Shown in pieces: positions 1 through 11,545 of a DNA stretch of 64,000 nucleotides (position 1 is the first letter of the stretch; every line of letters begins with the position of its first letter). Where the stretch lies: positions 2,272,001 through 2,336,000 of the forward strand of contig OZ244170.1 of NCBI GenBank assembly GCA_965216565.1, given 5' to 3'. The notes under the pieces were generated by a model. That model had not been told where the DNA came from. It did not search any database and saw nothing but the letters and a program-made list of their open reading frames with translations. A program made the translations under genes and the position numbers. This DNA is from Bythopirellula sp. Its GTDB lineage: Bacteria > Planctomycetota > Planctomycetia > Pirellulales > Lacipirellulaceae.

Positions 1-1
1 C

Positions 2-382
2 GGTAAAATCTCGCCCAAACTCCGCAAGATATATGGAGTTGTGTTAAAAGCGCAGCTGGCGGCAATCGATGCCATCAGGCCGGGCATCTCGTGCGAGAAA
101 GTCGATCAGGTAGCCCGCAAGATTATCGCCAAGGCCGGATACGAAAAACAGTTTGGCCATGGGCTAGGTCACGGCACCGGATTGGATGTCCACGAAGCTC
201 CTCGGCTGAGCAAGGGCCAGTCGGAAGAGTTGAAGGCAGGCATGATTGTGACCGTCGAACCCGGTATCTATTTACCGGGTTGGGGCGGAGTAAGAATTGA
301 AGACGACATATTAGTCACCAAAGATGGACACGAAGTGCTGACTTCCGTGCCAAAAGAGTTAGACGAATGCATAGTTGGTTAG
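2..382 (+). CDS. Xaa-Pro aminopeptidase (M24), C-terminal part, 5'-truncated by window edge
   Basis: HGLGHGTGLDVHEAP, TVEPGIY and GVRIEDD motifs of M24B peptidases; frame open from position 2. Confidence 0.9.
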   Translation, partial: GKISPKLRKIYGVVLKAQLAAIDAIRPGISCEKVDQVARKIIAKAGYEKQFGHGLGHGTGLDVHEAPRLSKGQSEELKAGMIVTVEPGIYLPGWGGVRIEDDILVTKDGHEVLTSVPKELDECIVG

Positions 383-438
383 CTCGCTGGCGTCCGCCAC
401 TGCGGATAGCCCGGCAGTAAGCCAGAGGGAGATACTCA

Positions 439-927
439 ATGGGTAGTGGAGGTTCAGGTTCCGGCGACGTATTCGACGTCCGTAAGGTGCGTCGTCTCGT
501 CGAATTGATGAACGAACACGAGTTGGCCGAAGTCGATCTCCGTCAAGGGGAGCAACGCATCCGATTGCTTCGCGGACATCAGCCAATGATCGCTGCTGCC
601 CCCGTTGCACCCGTAGCCCCACCCCCCGCTGCGGCGCCTGCTCCGGCCGCGCCTACCAGCGGATCGGACGCCCCCGCCGAGGACGATGCCGGCGCAACCT
701 ATGTCACCAGTCCGATGGTTGGCACTTTTTACACCGCTTCGAGTCCCGAGTCACCGGCCCTGGTTAGCGTGGGTGACAAAGTCGGACCCGATACCACCAT
801 GTGCATCATCGAGGCGATGAAAGTGTTCAACGAGATTCCTGCGGAATGCTCGGGCACTGTCGCTGCAGTGCTGGTGAACAATGGCGATTCCGTGGAGTAC
901 GGCCAAAAGCTGTTCCAGCTGAAGTAG
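439..927 (+). CDS. accB: acetyl-CoA carboxylase biotin carboxyl carrier protein
   Basis: SPMVGTFY, IIEAMKVFNEI biotinylation motif, Pro/Ala linker; adjacent to accC. Confidence 0.95.
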   Translation: MGSGGSGSGDVFDVRKVRRLVELMNEHELAEVDLRQGEQRIRLLRGHQPMIAAAPVAPVAPPPAAAPAPAAPTSGSDAPAEDDAGATYVTSPMVGTFYTASSPESPALVSVGDKVGPDTTMCIIEAMKVFNEIPAECSGTVAAVLVNNGDSVEYGQKLFQLK

Positions 928-1029
928 AGCACCGGACGAGCGAGTTGCGATTATAGAAAAAAACGCAATCGCTGAACTTCGCTTTCGATGATTTTGCTCT
1001 CGGACCCACAGGCAAAAACTTACGAACCT

Positions 1030-2376
1030 ATGTATCAACGAATCTTAATAGCCAATCGGGGTGAGATCGCCCTCCGTATCATGCGAGCCTGTCGCGAGCT
1101 GGGCATCGAGACGGTGGCGATCTACAGCGAAGCCGACCGTGGTTCTCAGTATTTGGAACTTGCGGACGAGGCTTATTGTGTCGGTCCGCCACGCCCTACC
1201 GACAGCTATTTGCGAATTGCCAACGTCATTAGCGCGGCCGAAGTGGGCAACGTGCAAGCCATTCATCCAGGCTACGGATTCCTCGCTGAGAACGCCCATT
1301 TCAACGAAGTCTGCCGTAGCTGCAAGATCGACTTCATTGGGCCCTCGCCCGATTCGATGGCCAAACTGGGCGATAAGAATGCCGCCCGGGACCTCGCCAG
1401 AAAAGCCAACGTCCCCGTCGTACCTGGTAGCGAGGGCTTAATCGAAAACGTCGATGACGCGATGCGGTTCGCTCACGAGGTCGGTTTCCCCGTGCTAATC
1501 AAGGCGGTTGCCGGTGGAGGTGGCCGCGGCATGCGGGTCGCCGCCAACGACCTGGCTCTCAAGACAGCGCTGCAACAAGCGCAGCAAGAAGCAGAAGCAG
1601 CCTTTGGCAATGGAGAGGTGTACTTAGAAAAGTACGTCGAGCAACCTCGCCACGTCGAAGTCCAGGTGCTGGCCGATCATCATGGCAACGTCATTCACCT
1701 GTGGGAACGCGACTGTAGCGTCCAGCGACGCCACCAAAAGCTCATCGAAGAGAGCCCGAGCACGAGTATCGATCAGAAAACACGCGATGCCATGTGCGAA
1801 GCGGCCTGCCGCTTAATCAAGAATGCCAACTACACCAACGCCGCAACGGTGGAGTTCATCGTCGACAAGGACGGCAAGTACTATTTTATCGAAGTCAACG
1901 CGCGGATTCAGGTTGAGCATCCTGTCACTGAAATGATTACGGGGGTCGATCTGATCAAACAACAGATTTTGATCGCCAGCGGTGAACCCCTGGGCGTGAA
2001 GCAGAAGGAAATCAAGCAAACGGGCGCAGCGATCGAGTGCCGGATCAATGCCGAGAACCCGGCTAAGAACTTCCAACCTTCGCCCGGTCGCATCGATCGC
2101 TTAGTCATTCCTGGTGGTTTTGGCGTGAGGTTCGACTCGCACGCTCATAGTGGCTACACAGTTCCGCCGTATTACGATTCCATGATTGGCAAGCTCATCG
2201 TTCATCAGCCAACCCGCGAAGGGGCCATCGCCACGATGAAGCGGGCCCTGTCTGAGTTGAAAGTCGATGGCATCCACACCACGATCCCCATTCATCAAGA
2301 AGTTTTGAACCACAGTGCGTTCGTCGAGGGACGTATCGACACAACCTTTGTGGAAAGAACTTCTTCGTTTGCCTGA
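1030..2376 (+). CDS. accC: biotin carboxylase
   Basis: [49 protein letters not shown]; start taken at MYQRIL. Confidence 0.96.
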   Translation: MYQRILIANRGEIALRIMRACRELGIETVAIYSEADRGSQYLELADEAYCVGPPRPTDSYLRIANVISAAEVGNVQAIHPGYGFLAENAHFNEVCRSCKIDFIGPSPDSMAKLGDKNAARDLARKANVPVVPGSEGLIENVDDAMRFAHEVGFPVLIKAVAGGGGRGMRVAANDLALKTALQQAQQEAEAAFGNGEVYLEKYVEQPRHVEVQVLADHHGNVIHLWERDCSVQRRHQKLIEESPSTSIDQKTRDAMCEAACRLIKNANYTNAATVEFIVDKDGKYYFIEVNARIQVEHPVTEMITGVDLIKQQILIASGEPLGVKQKEIKQTGAAIECRINAENPAKNFQPSPGRIDRLVIPGGFGVRFDSHAHSGYTVPPYYDSMIGKLIVHQPTREGAIATMKRALSELKVDGIHTTIPIHQEVLNHSAFVEGRIDTTFVERTSSFA

Positions 2377-2547
2377 GCCGTTCTCGCCTGCTCACGCCTT
2401 TATTTGCCTGCAAAATGTCGAGGCAAATAAATCCCGTTCCGGCCGCCCGTTGCGACCGGCACCAACTGGAATACAATAGGTTTCTCGCAAACCACCTACG
2501 AATAAGCACCAAATAGAGCAGTCCTGGAAAATTAGGAAGTAGAAATC

Positions 2548-3855
2548 ATGGCTTCGACCCTCTCCCGACCTCCCCGTACCGAACACAATTTCCGTCGCGC
2601 CGCGATTCTATTTGCCGGTGGTCCCGCTCCTGGGGCAAATGCCGTCATCTCGGCAGCCGCCACATCGTTCCTCCGCAACGACATCGAGGTCGTCGGCATT
2701 AAGCACGGCTACTCGGGGCTCGTTGAATTCAACCCCGATAATCCGCTGGAAGAAGGCCGCGACTATGTGAATGTGACGCACAAGATGCTTGGCCGCACAC
2801 GGAACACCTCGGGCATCATACTCGGAACGGCCCGCACGAACCCGGGCAAGATGGTTTCCCACCCCTCGCATCTGACAGATCCTGAGAAGTCGGCTCCGCT
2901 CAAGAGTGTCTACGAATCCTTACGCTCGATCGGCGTCGATCTATTAGTTTCTATCGGCGGCGACGACACGCTGAAAACCGCCAACAAACTGAAGATGTAT
3001 CAGGAACGGCTGCCGCTGGATGCCCACCGCATTCCAATCGTGCATCTCCCCAAGACAATCGATAACGACTACCGCGGCATTGACTTTACTTTCGGTTACT
3101 TCACGGCAGTTGATTTTCTTGCCAATGAAGTGCGAAACCTGCTCGCCGATGCCGAGGCCAATCGAAATTATTTCTTGGTCGAGTCGATGGGCCGCAGTGC
3201 TGGTTGGCTAGCTTTCGGCGTAGCTATCGCTGGCGAAGCGAGTCTCGTCATCAGCGTCGAGGACATCATCGGCAAGTATCGTTCTGAAGAGGAGACAATC
3301 GACCCCAAGACGGGCGAGAAGACAACCCGACCTGTGATGAATATGGACGAGGTGATTCCCCGAATTGTCGCCACCATCACGGCCCGCGAACGCGAGGGTA
3401 AGGAATACGGAGTGATCGTAGTGGCCGAAGGGTTGGCTGAACTGCTGCCTTCCAGTTACCTAGAAGGCATCGGCCGCGACGAGCATGGCCACATTAGCAT
3501 CGCTGCCGTGAATCTGCACCTGACTTTCTCCAAGCTGGTGGCAGAAGAATACAAGAGACAAACGGGCCGTTCGAAATCTCTCAAGGCGTTGCAGCTGGGT
3601 TACGAGGCTCGCTGTGCGCGGCCGCATGCCTTCGACGTCATGCTTGGCAGTCAGCTAGGCGTTGGTGCCTATCGGGCACTGGTAGAAAAGGGACTCAATG
3701 GCGTGATGGTCTCGGTTTCTGGTCAGCTCCAACTGGAATACGTGCCGTTTGATGATTTGGTCGATCCCGAAACTCTGGTGACCGTCGTGCGTTACATCGA
3801 ACCCGATAGCGACTTCCAGAAGCTCACCCGCTTCCTGGAAACATATGTTGAGTGA
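2548..3855 (+). CDS. 6-phosphofructokinase, probably PPi-dependent
   Basis: GGPAPGAN, IGGDDT, PKTIDND, ESMGR, LGYEAR; Asp in GGDD and Lys in PKTIDND are the PPi-type signature. Confidence 0.85.
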   Translation: MASTLSRPPRTEHNFRRAAILFAGGPAPGANAVISAAATSFLRNDIEVVGIKHGYSGLVEFNPDNPLEEGRDYVNVTHKMLGRTRNTSGIILGTARTNPGKMVSHPSHLTDPEKSAPLKSVYESLRSIGVDLLVSIGGDDTLKTANKLKMYQERLPLDAHRIPIVHLPKTIDNDYRGIDFTFGYFTAVDFLANEVRNLLADAEANRNYFLVESMGRSAGWLAFGVAIAGEASLVISVEDIIGKYRSEEETIDPKTGEKTTRPVMNMDEVIPRIVATITAREREGKEYGVIVVAEGLAELLPSSYLEGIGRDEHGHISIAAVNLHLTFSKLVAEEYKRQTGRSKSLKALQLGYEARCARPHAFDVMLGSQLGVGAYRALVEKGLNGVMVSVSGQLQLEYVPFDDLVDPETLVTVVRYIEPDSDFQKLTRFLETYVE

Positions 3856-3969
3856 GCTCAGCGAGCAAAACTTAGGGAGCAAAGCCTTGCGACGAAGCTC
3901 CGCCGACCAGACCTTTCTAAGATTTAGCTTCTCCAGGATCCAACACAAACTCTCCCCCCAAGACTGTCC

Positions 3970-4581
3970 ATGACCTTTCCCTCGCCGTTCTTCCGTTGGC
4001 GTCCCCACCCTTGGCACGGACTGGAAGTCGGGCCCGATCCACCCAAAATCGTCCAGGCCTATATCGAACTCACACCCTTCGATCGGGTGAAGTACGAACT
4101 GGACAAGCAGACTGGCTACCTGCGCGTCGACCGTCCGAACCGCACGTCCTCCTTCTCGCCAACCCTGTACGGCTTCATTCCAAGAACCTATTGCGGCAAG
4201 CGTATCAAAGCCCTGATGCCGGGGGCAAAAGATGGCGATGGCGATCCGCTCGACATCTGCGTGATTAGCGAACGCCCGATTAACGTTTCGGAAGTTCTTC
4301 TTAACGCCCGAATTGTGGGTGGCTTGCCAATGCTGGACGATGGCGAGGCCGACGACAAGATTATTGCCGTACTCCACAACGACATCATCTGGAGTGAGGT
4401 CGAAGACATTTCAGAATTGCCGAAAGTCTTGATCGATCGACTGCGGCACTACTTCAGTACGTACAAGATGCTCACGGCAGACGACCCCGTCGTGCGGGTC
4501 GATGCCCCCTATGGGCGCGAGCATGCCTACGAGGTAGTGAATGCGGCATTGGCAGATTACACCGATGAGTTTGGCGAGTAA
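3970..4581 (+). CDS. ppa: soluble inorganic pyrophosphatase (family I)
   Basis: HPWHG, KYELDK, YGFIPRT, DGDPLD, DDKIIAV, FSTYK. Confidence 0.92.
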   Translation: MTFPSPFFRWRPHPWHGLEVGPDPPKIVQAYIELTPFDRVKYELDKQTGYLRVDRPNRTSSFSPTLYGFIPRTYCGKRIKALMPGAKDGDGDPLDICVISERPINVSEVLLNARIVGGLPMLDDGEADDKIIAVLHNDIIWSEVEDISELPKVLIDRLRHYFSTYKMLTADDPVVRVDAPYGREHAYEVVNAALADYTDEFGE

Positions 4582-4617
4582 CATCGCGAGAGCGGTTGCG
4601 TCCCCATTCATAGCAAA

Positions 4618-5205
4618 TCAAAGCGAACCTTTAGTACTCGGCACGCCAGTCATGCGTGGATCATCCTCGACAGCCATCCGCATCGCGCGGGCTGTCGACT
4701 TGAACACGGCCTCGGCAATGTGGTGACTGTTGCGACCATAATGTAGCAGCACGTGCAAATTGCACAGAGCATTGCTAGCCACCGCCTGCCAGAACTCTTC
4801 GAGTAGCTCGGCGTCAAAGTCGCCAATCTTTTGGCTGGGTGTTTCTGCTTGATACGCCAAAACAGCACGACCACTGAAATCAACCGCGGTGGTAACCAGC
4901 GTTTCGTCCATCGGCAGCGTGAAGTGCCCATAGCGGCGAATGCCCTTCTTGTCGCCGAGCGCCTCCTTGAGAGCAAGCCCCAGACAAATGCCGGTGTCTT
5001 CAACCGTGTGATGGGCGTCGATATGCAGATCGCCCTGAGCACGAATCTTAAGATCCATCGCGCCATGCTTCGTGAACAAGTCCAGCATGTGATCGAAAAA
5101 GCCAACGCCCGTCTGAATATCTGCATTGCCACTACCGTCGAGCTGCAGTTCCAGTTCGATCTGAGTCTCGTTGGTATTCCGAAGTATCTTGGCTGTTCGG
5201 CTCAT
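4618..5205 (-). CDS. hisB: imidazoleglycerol-phosphate dehydratase
   Basis: [40 protein letters not shown]. Confidence 0.96.
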   Translation of the reverse strand: MSRTAKILRNTNETQIELELQLDGSGNADIQTGVGFFDHMLDLFTKHGAMDLKIRAQGDLHIDAHHTVEDTGICLGLALKEALGDKKGIRRYGHFTLPMDETLVTTAVDFSGRAVLAYQAETPSQKIGDFDAELLEEFWQAVASNALCNLHVLLHYGRNSHHIAEAVFKSTARAMRMAVEDDPRMTGVPSTKGSL

Positions 5206-5424
5206 ATTAGATCTATAACGCTAAGTGGCTACCATGCAGAGCGAACCTGCCGCTCCCGCTTTCCAAACACTCTATCGTATCACGGACACGATTGCCCCCA
5301 GACCGGTTCTACCTTGAAATACAGGGCGATTCCGCCTCGATTTTGCTCTGTAGCCGGCCTGTTTGATATAATCGTTGCGGACGAAGCTTTTTTCGCACAT
5401 GCTGCGCTTAGGAGGGTACAGACC

Positions 5425-5640
5425 ATGTCCCCAATGAAGAGTCCTGTTCACCACTCGTTTGGCGGAATTTCAGAAGAGAATTTCTCGCTCACCCATCTCT
5501 CTAGACGTTGGGACATGTCGCGTCGCGAGTTACGGCACTTGCTCCAGAGTCGGCAACTTCAGTTCGTTCAAATACGAGGGCAATTCCGCGTGCCGCGCTC
5601 TGCAGTTTTGAAATTTGAGCGAGAACGTTCAAGATCGTAA
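5425..5640 (+). CDS. small excisionase-like helix-turn-helix protein (71 aa)
   Basis: ATG at 5425 with AGGAGG at 5410-5415; SLTHLSRRW...LQFVQIRGQFRVP pattern resembles HTH_17/Xis-like folds. Confidence 0.6.
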   Translation: MSPMKSPVHHSFGGISEENFSLTHLSRRWDMSRRELRHLLQSRQLQFVQIRGQFRVPRSAVLKFERERSRS

Positions 5641-5910
5641 CAAAAAACTATTGAGCTACGAAGAACCCACAAGAGACTGACGATCCGTTTTTCGCTACGC
5701 ACTCTCCTGATTGTCACAACATTGATTGCCCTGGATCTTGCCAGTTGGCAGGTAAGTCGTGAGCTGGGATTGTTTGCCAACTGCACGCTCCTGGCCGTTG
5801 TGATTGTCTGGGTCGTCCGTCCCTATCGCTTTGGACGATTGGAACCACCCGTGCTCACGGTTCGCAAGCTGGAAAGAGTGGGGGTGTTGAAAGACGGTAA
5901 ATCTAGGGGC

Positions 5911-5936
5911 AACCCGCGGCTAGCGGTGTCGGCTCA
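5911..5936. repeat. degenerate single arm of the TGAGCCGACGGCGCTAGCCGCGGGTA REP family
   Basis: aacccgcggctagcggtgtcggctca matches the arms at 15215 and 16687 with a few mismatches. Confidence 0.6.
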
Positions 5937-5960
5937 GTCGAACTCCTGATTCGTTTTTCC

Positions 5961-7652
5961 TCACTCATCCGTCACGCAACCTTCGCTTGCGCTTTTGACG
6001 TTTTTGATGTACTTGTAGAGTGTGCCGCGAGTTGCTTTGTACTTGGGGGCTTTCCAAGCATCGCGACGCTTTTGAAACTCGTCGTCCGAGATCTGCACGT
6101 CGATTGTATTTTTCTCAGCATCAATAACGATTTCGTCGCCCGTCTGCACGAGTGCCAGCGGTCCGCCAACCTGCGCCTCGGGCGTGATATGCCCCACAAT
6201 GAATCCGTGCGAACCTCCGCTAAATCGACCATCGGTCATCAGGGCGACATCGCTGCCCAAACCGGCACCCATGATGGCGCTGGTGGGCGTGAGCATCTCT
6301 GGCATGCCAGGGCCACCCTGGGGACCTTCGTAACGGATAATTACCACGTCGCCCTTATTGATTTTCTTCTGCTCCAAGGCCGCCAGCATGTCCTCTTCAG
6401 AATCGTAGACGTTCGCTTTGCCGGTAAACTGCAGACCTTCTTTGCCAGTGATCTTCGCCACGGCCCCATCGGGGCACAGATTGCCCCGCATGATGCGAAT
6501 ATGCCCTGTGGCCTTGATCGGATCGGAAGTCGGATGCACGATCTCCTGGCCTTCCTTGAGAGCCGGCAACTCCGCCAGATTCTCCGCCATGGTTTTTCCG
6601 GTGATCGTCAGGCAATCGCCTGTGATCAGGCCCTCATCGAGCAGCAGTTTTAGAACTGCTGGCGTACCGCCCACCGAATGCAAATCTTCCTGCACAAACC
6701 GGCCACTCGGTTTCAAGTCGGCCAGCAGCGGCACGCGGTCGCTAACCGATTGGAAGTCGTCAATCGTTAGCTTCACGTCCACACTACGGGCCATGGCCAA
6801 GAGATGGAGCACGGCGTTTGTCGATCCACCGACGGCCATGATCAGGACCATCGCGTTCTCGAACGCTTCGCGCGTCATCACATCGCGGGGCTTGATGTCT
6901 TTTTCCAAACAAACCTTGATTGCCTCCCCGGCGTCGAGGCATTCTTGCAGCTTGTCGGGATCTTCTGCGGGGATCGAAGAACTGTAGGGCAACGTCATTC
7001 CCATGGCTTCGATGGCCGAGGCCATGGTGTTGGCGGTGTACATCCCACCGCAGGCACCCGCCCCGGGGCAACTAACCCGCACGATTTGTTTGCGTTCTTC
7101 CTCAGTGATCTTACCCGCGAGGAATTCGCCATAGCATTGGAAGGCACTGACGATATCGCGCTTCTCGGCAGCGCCATCAAACTTCGTCATTCCTGGCTTA
7201 ATCGTACCGCCATACACCATCAAACTGGGACGATTCACTCGCCCCATGGCCATGAGGCAGCCGGGCATGTTCTTATCGCAACCAGGCAGGGTAACGCAGG
7301 CGTCATACCATTGAGCGCCCATAACGGTTTCGATGGAATCAGCGATGAGGTCGCGGGACTGCAACGAAAAACTCATGCCGCTGGTGCCCATTGAGATGCC
7401 GTCCGAGACACCGACGGTATTGAACCGCATCCCAACGAGTCCTGCCTTTTGAACGCCTTCCTTCACTTTGGCAGCCAGATCCATCAGGTGCATGTTGCAC
7501 GTATTGCCTTCGTACCAAACGCTGGCGATGCCGATCTGTGGCTTCTGCAAATCTTCGTCGGTGAGGCCTGTCCCGTAGAGCATTGCCTGAGAAGCACCCT
7601 GGGACTTGGGCTGAGTGATGTGTTGGCTGTATTTGTTCAGTGGCTCAGACAA
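5961..7652 (-). CDS. ilvD: dihydroxy-acid dehydratase
   Basis: [49 protein letters not shown] start at 7652 preceded by GAGGAG. Confidence 0.95.
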   Translation of the reverse strand: MSEPLNKYSQHITQPKSQGASQAMLYGTGLTDEDLQKPQIGIASVWYEGNTCNMHLMDLAAKVKEGVQKAGLVGMRFNTVGVSDGISMGTSGMSFSLQSRDLIADSIETVMGAQWYDACVTLPGCDKNMPGCLMAMGRVNRPSLMVYGGTIKPGMTKFDGAAEKRDIVSAFQCYGEFLAGKITEEERKQIVRVSCPGAGACGGMYTANTMASAIEAMGMTLPYSSSIPAEDPDKLQECLDAGEAIKVCLEKDIKPRDVMTREAFENAMVLIMAVGGSTNAVLHLLAMARSVDVKLTIDDFQSVSDRVPLLADLKPSGRFVQEDLHSVGGTPAVLKLLLDEGLITGDCLTITGKTMAENLAELPALKEGQEIVHPTSDPIKATGHIRIMRGNLCPDGAVAKITGKEGLQFTGKANVYDSEEDMLAALEQKKINKGDVVIIRYEGPQGGPGMPEMLTPTSAIMGAGLGSDVALMTDGRFSGGSHGFIVGHITPEAQVGGPLALVQTGDEIVIDAEKNTIDVQISDDEFQKRRDAWKAPKYKATRGTLYKYIKNVKSASEGCVTDE

Positions 7653-7902
7653 CTTGGAACTCCTCAATTTGATGGGTTTGCTGCGAGCGATCGGGGTGTG
7701 CTGTAAGCACCCAGAGAGCAAGGGGATATTGTACTAGCCCCCGTCGGGTGGGGCAGGGGTGAGCAAAAAGTTTGCCAACCCCCTGGCATATTCCGCATAA
7801 CCGGTCCGCCCCCCAGGACGGCCACCGCCACGGTGCGGTTCGCGTAGTAGAGTTGAATTGGGGAATCCCCCACTTATTGAAGACCTCCTTGGACCACTTA
7901 CC

Positions 7903-8853
7903 ATGCCTCCCACCGCTACGCTCTCGCCACCTGACGTCGACACTCAGCCTTCCGAAGTCATGCTTGCCGACGGAAATCGGATGTCGCTGGAAGGCTTGAG
8001 CTTCCACGACTTGAAACAACTGCAGTGGGTCCAAGAGCAGAAATTCGCTCGGGCAATGACCGCTTGCGAAAAGGGCTCTCGAGAACGGGCCTTGGTCACC
8101 GGCCAGGCTTACGACACCATCTGCACGATTCTCGCCGCCCAGCAATCGGACGACAAACCATTAGATATGGGCATCGATCCGCGTTACGCACGCCTGGTAC
8201 TCGACCTGCTAAACCAACAAATCAAACGAGGATTGGGGCAGCCCTCGTTTTTTGAAATTGGTTACGGTAGTGGTTCGCTTCTGAAAGAGGTCAGCGACCA
8301 TGGCTACCGCGTCTCGGGGATCGAAGTCTCGCAGACGATGCAGGAACAAGCCGTGGACGTGCTAGGGGATCGGTTTGCGGATCAACTGCTCGTGGGAGAA
8401 GTCTTAAAGCTAGATCGCGAGTCGCTCCCCGAGCGGCCATCAATGATCTATTGGAACGATGTGTTCGAGCACATTTGTCCTGACGAAATTGAAGACTATC
8501 TCCAGAAAATTCATAGCCTGCTCTTACGCGGCGGAACCCTAGTGACCATCACGCCCAACTGGTTGTTGCGACCTTCGGACGTCACTGGAGATTTCTGCCC
8601 ACCTCGCACAGACGCTTGTGGTCTGCACCTGAAGGAATATCGGTTGGCAGAAGTATCGCGACTACTGAAGAGAGCTGGTTTTCGGCAGGTTGCCACGCCA
8701 CTGGTTGTGAGCCGACGTCGCATCTACCTGTTAGGGAGTGGGCTCCGTTTGCTTAAGCAATGGAGCGAGCTACTCCTCGACCGCCTTCCGGTGAATTACT
8801 CGGATCTCATGTGCCGAGGATTCGGAATGTCGATCACCATCGCGACCAAATAG
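7903..8853 (+). CDS. class I SAM-dependent methyltransferase
   Basis: FEIGYGSG, GIEVS, DVFEHI, GGTLVTITPN. Confidence 0.8.
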   Translation: MPPTATLSPPDVDTQPSEVMLADGNRMSLEGLSFHDLKQLQWVQEQKFARAMTACEKGSRERALVTGQAYDTICTILAAQQSDDKPLDMGIDPRYARLVLDLLNQQIKRGLGQPSFFEIGYGSGSLLKEVSDHGYRVSGIEVSQTMQEQAVDVLGDRFADQLLVGEVLKLDRESLPERPSMIYWNDVFEHICPDEIEDYLQKIHSLLLRGGTLVTITPNWLLRPSDVTGDFCPPRTDACGLHLKEYRLAEVSRLLKRAGFRQVATPLVVSRRRIYLLGSGLRLLKQWSELLLDRLPVNYSDLMCRGFGMSITIATK

Positions 8854-8886
8854 GGTCGGGTTCTGCTAGAACATCTTTTCTCTCGG

Positions 8887-8950
8887 GTGCCACTGGCTAT
8901 GCCAGTGCTTACCCGTTACCCCAATCAGACACTGGCAAGGCCAGTAGCAC
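8887..8950. repeat. REP-like inverted pair (GTGCCACTGGC...GCCAGTG family) between convergent genes
   Basis: gtgccactggctatgccagtg (8887-8907) and cactggcaaggccagtagcac (8930-8950) are near-reverse-complementary and each is self-palindromic. Confidence 0.65.
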
Positions 8951-9001
8951 GCTTGGCGTTTGTGATCTTCGAATCGAATTCCCGGACACCCTCAATTAAT
9001 T

Positions 9002-9790
9002 CTACGCCGCACGGGCACGCCGTGGTGCCTTGGCAACATTGCCATCCAGGTCGGTCAATCGTTCCAGCCCCATCTTGGCCACCGCCAGGCTCATTCGATT
9101 GCCTTGTCCCAGTTGATCGCCGGTATTCGCTTTCTCCGGCCACTGCCAAACGTTGACGTCGGGCGCCAATCCAACCCGCAGACCTTGGCGATGAGCGCGG
9201 ACAAAGAACTCTTCGCGCTGATCGTCGTGCAGCTCAGCATCCCAACCGCCTAGATTCCGAACTTTGCTGGTCCGAGCGACGAAGAAGTTGCCCACGATGT
9301 CGCACCAGGCATACCCTTCGCCCCGGGTGCGGGTTCCCGGTCGTATTTTCAAACTCGATCCTGCGAATTCACACAGCCCATGCTGCGGTGAGGGTCGACG
9401 TTGGGTGAAAAGTACGAGTCGTTTGTTGCAACGGGTGACGTCTCCACCGGCAATGTCCAATTTGTCGTCGATGACAAGTTGCAGAAGTTCTTCGATCTCG
9501 GTGCCCCGATGCAGTTCGGCAATATCGTTCAACAGCAAGAAGTAAGGAGTACGAACTCGTGCGAGCAACGCGTTCTGGCAGGCCCCCAACCCAGAGTCGG
9601 CCGGTAGCCTGAGCACATCGATCCCCTGGAGCTTCTGCGGCTCGTGACTATCGTCGGCCACTAACAGTCGGAGCTGCGGATAGAACTTGCGGACGCTCTT
9701 CACCAGTCGGCGAACAGCCTGGGGACGGTCGAAGGTGCGGACGATTGCAGTGAGTTTTTTCAAATCAACGGTAGGCACGGCTGCCCCCAC
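9002..9790 (-). CDS. glycosyltransferase family 2 (GT-A fold)
   Basis: TAIVRTFDRP, LLVADDS, TPYFLLLND, LGGWD. Confidence 0.7.
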   Translation of the reverse strand: MGAAVPTVDLKKLTAIVRTFDRPQAVRRLVKSVRKFYPQLRLLVADDSHEPQKLQGIDVLRLPADSGLGACQNALLARVRTPYFLLLNDIAELHRGTEIEELLQLVIDDKLDIAGGDVTRCNKRLVLFTQRRPSPQHGLCEFAGSSLKIRPGTRTRGEGYAWCDIVGNFFVARTSKVRNLGGWDAELHDDQREEFFVRAHRQGLRVGLAPDVNVWQWPEKANTGDQLGQGNRMSLAVAKMGLERLTDLDGNVAKAPRRARAA

Positions 9791-10075
9791 AGTGCGGGTC
9801 GAAAGACGTAATAGCGCTTAGCTTTTACATCGCCGCGCTTCGCCTCAAACATCAGAAAAACCCGCACTGACGTTCGCCTCACGCTACTTCCGCTATTCTA
9901 CCAAACCGCTAAACTGGATCCGCCGATCTCGCTCTCGACAAGTCCGTGCTAGCACTTCGCCTAGGCCGCGTTGCTGCTATCTGAAACGGCAGCTATACTT
10001 CGCCTCTTCCCGCAAGCAGCCCCGACGATTTTCTGCACTGAATTGCTTGCGATCCAGCCCTGCCAAGGAGTGGCA

Positions 10076-11125
10076 ATGCGTATCGGAGTCTTTCTACCCA
10101 ACTGGATCGGCGATGTGGTCATGTGCACGCCGACACTTCGGGCGCTACGCAAGTATGTCGGCAAATCGGGCCGCCTCGTGGGGGTGATGAGGCCCTATGT
10201 GAAAGAGGTGCTGGCTGGCAATTCCTGGATCGATCAGGATGTTTGCTACAAGAAACGGGATCGGCATTCCGTCAAATCAGCCCTAGAGCAAATTCGCGCC
10301 GAAAACCTCGACGCGGTCGTGCTACTTACGAATTCGCTCAGCACGGCTTGGATAGCTCGTAGAACTCGCGTCCCGCAGCGCATTGGCTACGCCCGAGATG
10401 GACGCGGATTCCTGCTCACCACTAAGCTGTACGAACCGGTGGAAAAGGGGCGGCTATCGCCGTTGCCGCAGATTGATTCCTATCTCAACCTGGCTTATGC
10501 AACCGGGTGCGACTGGGAATCGCCGCAGCTCGAACTCGGCACGTCGGATGAAGACGAACTGCTAGCCGACACGGTTTGGCAGGAGTTGGGCCTGCAAGGT
10601 CGCGCCGTGGCCGTGCTGAATTCCGGAGGTGCATTCGGTGCCGCCAAAGATTGGCCCGCGGAGCACTTCGCAACTCTCGCAAGTCGACTGGCCGCCCAGC
10701 GCGATCTGCACGTGCTGGTCAATTGTGGTCCGAAAGAGCGTGAGACAGCCCGCGATATTGTTCGACAAGCGGGAGATCCACGCGTTGTTAGTCTGGCCGA
10801 TCAGCCGGAATTGCCGATTGGATTGACGAAGGCGGTCATCCGACGTTCAAAATTGCTAGTGACCACCGACAGCGGGCCGCGATTTTTTGGAGTAGCTTTC
10901 CAGGTGCCAACCGTCTCGTTATTCGGCCCAACCAGTACGCGGTGGACCAATACGCACAGCAAGTTTGAAACGCGCGTTTCGCTGGATCTCGATTGCGCGC
11001 CCTGCATGGAACGCACCTGCCCCTTGAAGCATCACCGCTGCATGCAAGACCTGTCGGTCGATCTGGTGATGTCCCGCATCCAGCTTCTTTTGGATGAACA
11101 AAGCAACAGCTATCAAGCCGCTTAG
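10076..11125 (+). CDS. waaF: LPS heptosyltransferase II (GT9)
   Basis: PNWIGDVVM, RIGY, GAAKDWP, TTDSGP, SLFGPT, CxPC...CP.HH.CM. Confidence 0.85.
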   Translation: MRIGVFLPNWIGDVVMCTPTLRALRKYVGKSGRLVGVMRPYVKEVLAGNSWIDQDVCYKKRDRHSVKSALEQIRAENLDAVVLLTNSLSTAWIARRTRVPQRIGYARDGRGFLLTTKLYEPVEKGRLSPLPQIDSYLNLAYATGCDWESPQLELGTSDEDELLADTVWQELGLQGRAVAVLNSGGAFGAAKDWPAEHFATLASRLAAQRDLHVLVNCGPKERETARDIVRQAGDPRVVSLADQPELPIGLTKAVIRRSKLLVTTDSGPRFFGVAFQVPTVSLFGPTSTRWTNTHSKFETRVSLDLDCAPCMERTCPLKHHRCMQDLSVDLVMSRIQLLLDEQSNSYQAA

Positions 11126-11545
11126 CAATTTCCGCAGCGAGAGGCCGATTGTACGGTACTTCACACAGGTAGCACTTTCTGCCTCTTGGCTGGATAGAAA
11201 CAATTGCGTAGTTGCAATTCACCCAGGTGGTTAAACGCCTTCTGTTCCGCAGAATGTCGCTAACTACGCAACTATCTGCGTAATCAGTATTAACGTTTGT
11301 TCGGGCCGGTCGGGTTCTATCACATTAGGCCCTAAGAACTGAGCAAAACCTCCCTCTGAGGTAGGCCTGGGAGTCTTACCAACAGGAGGTTGTGCCAAGC
11401 CGAATGATGGACATAGCCCCGAAATTGTCTAAAATGGACACTAATCGAATTCAGTTGGCTTAAGGCGGTTTGCGCCCTCTTTTCATTCGATATGCCATTG
11501 AAATTCTCGAACAGACCCAGGCAAACGGAACAAAAGAAAATCGGC

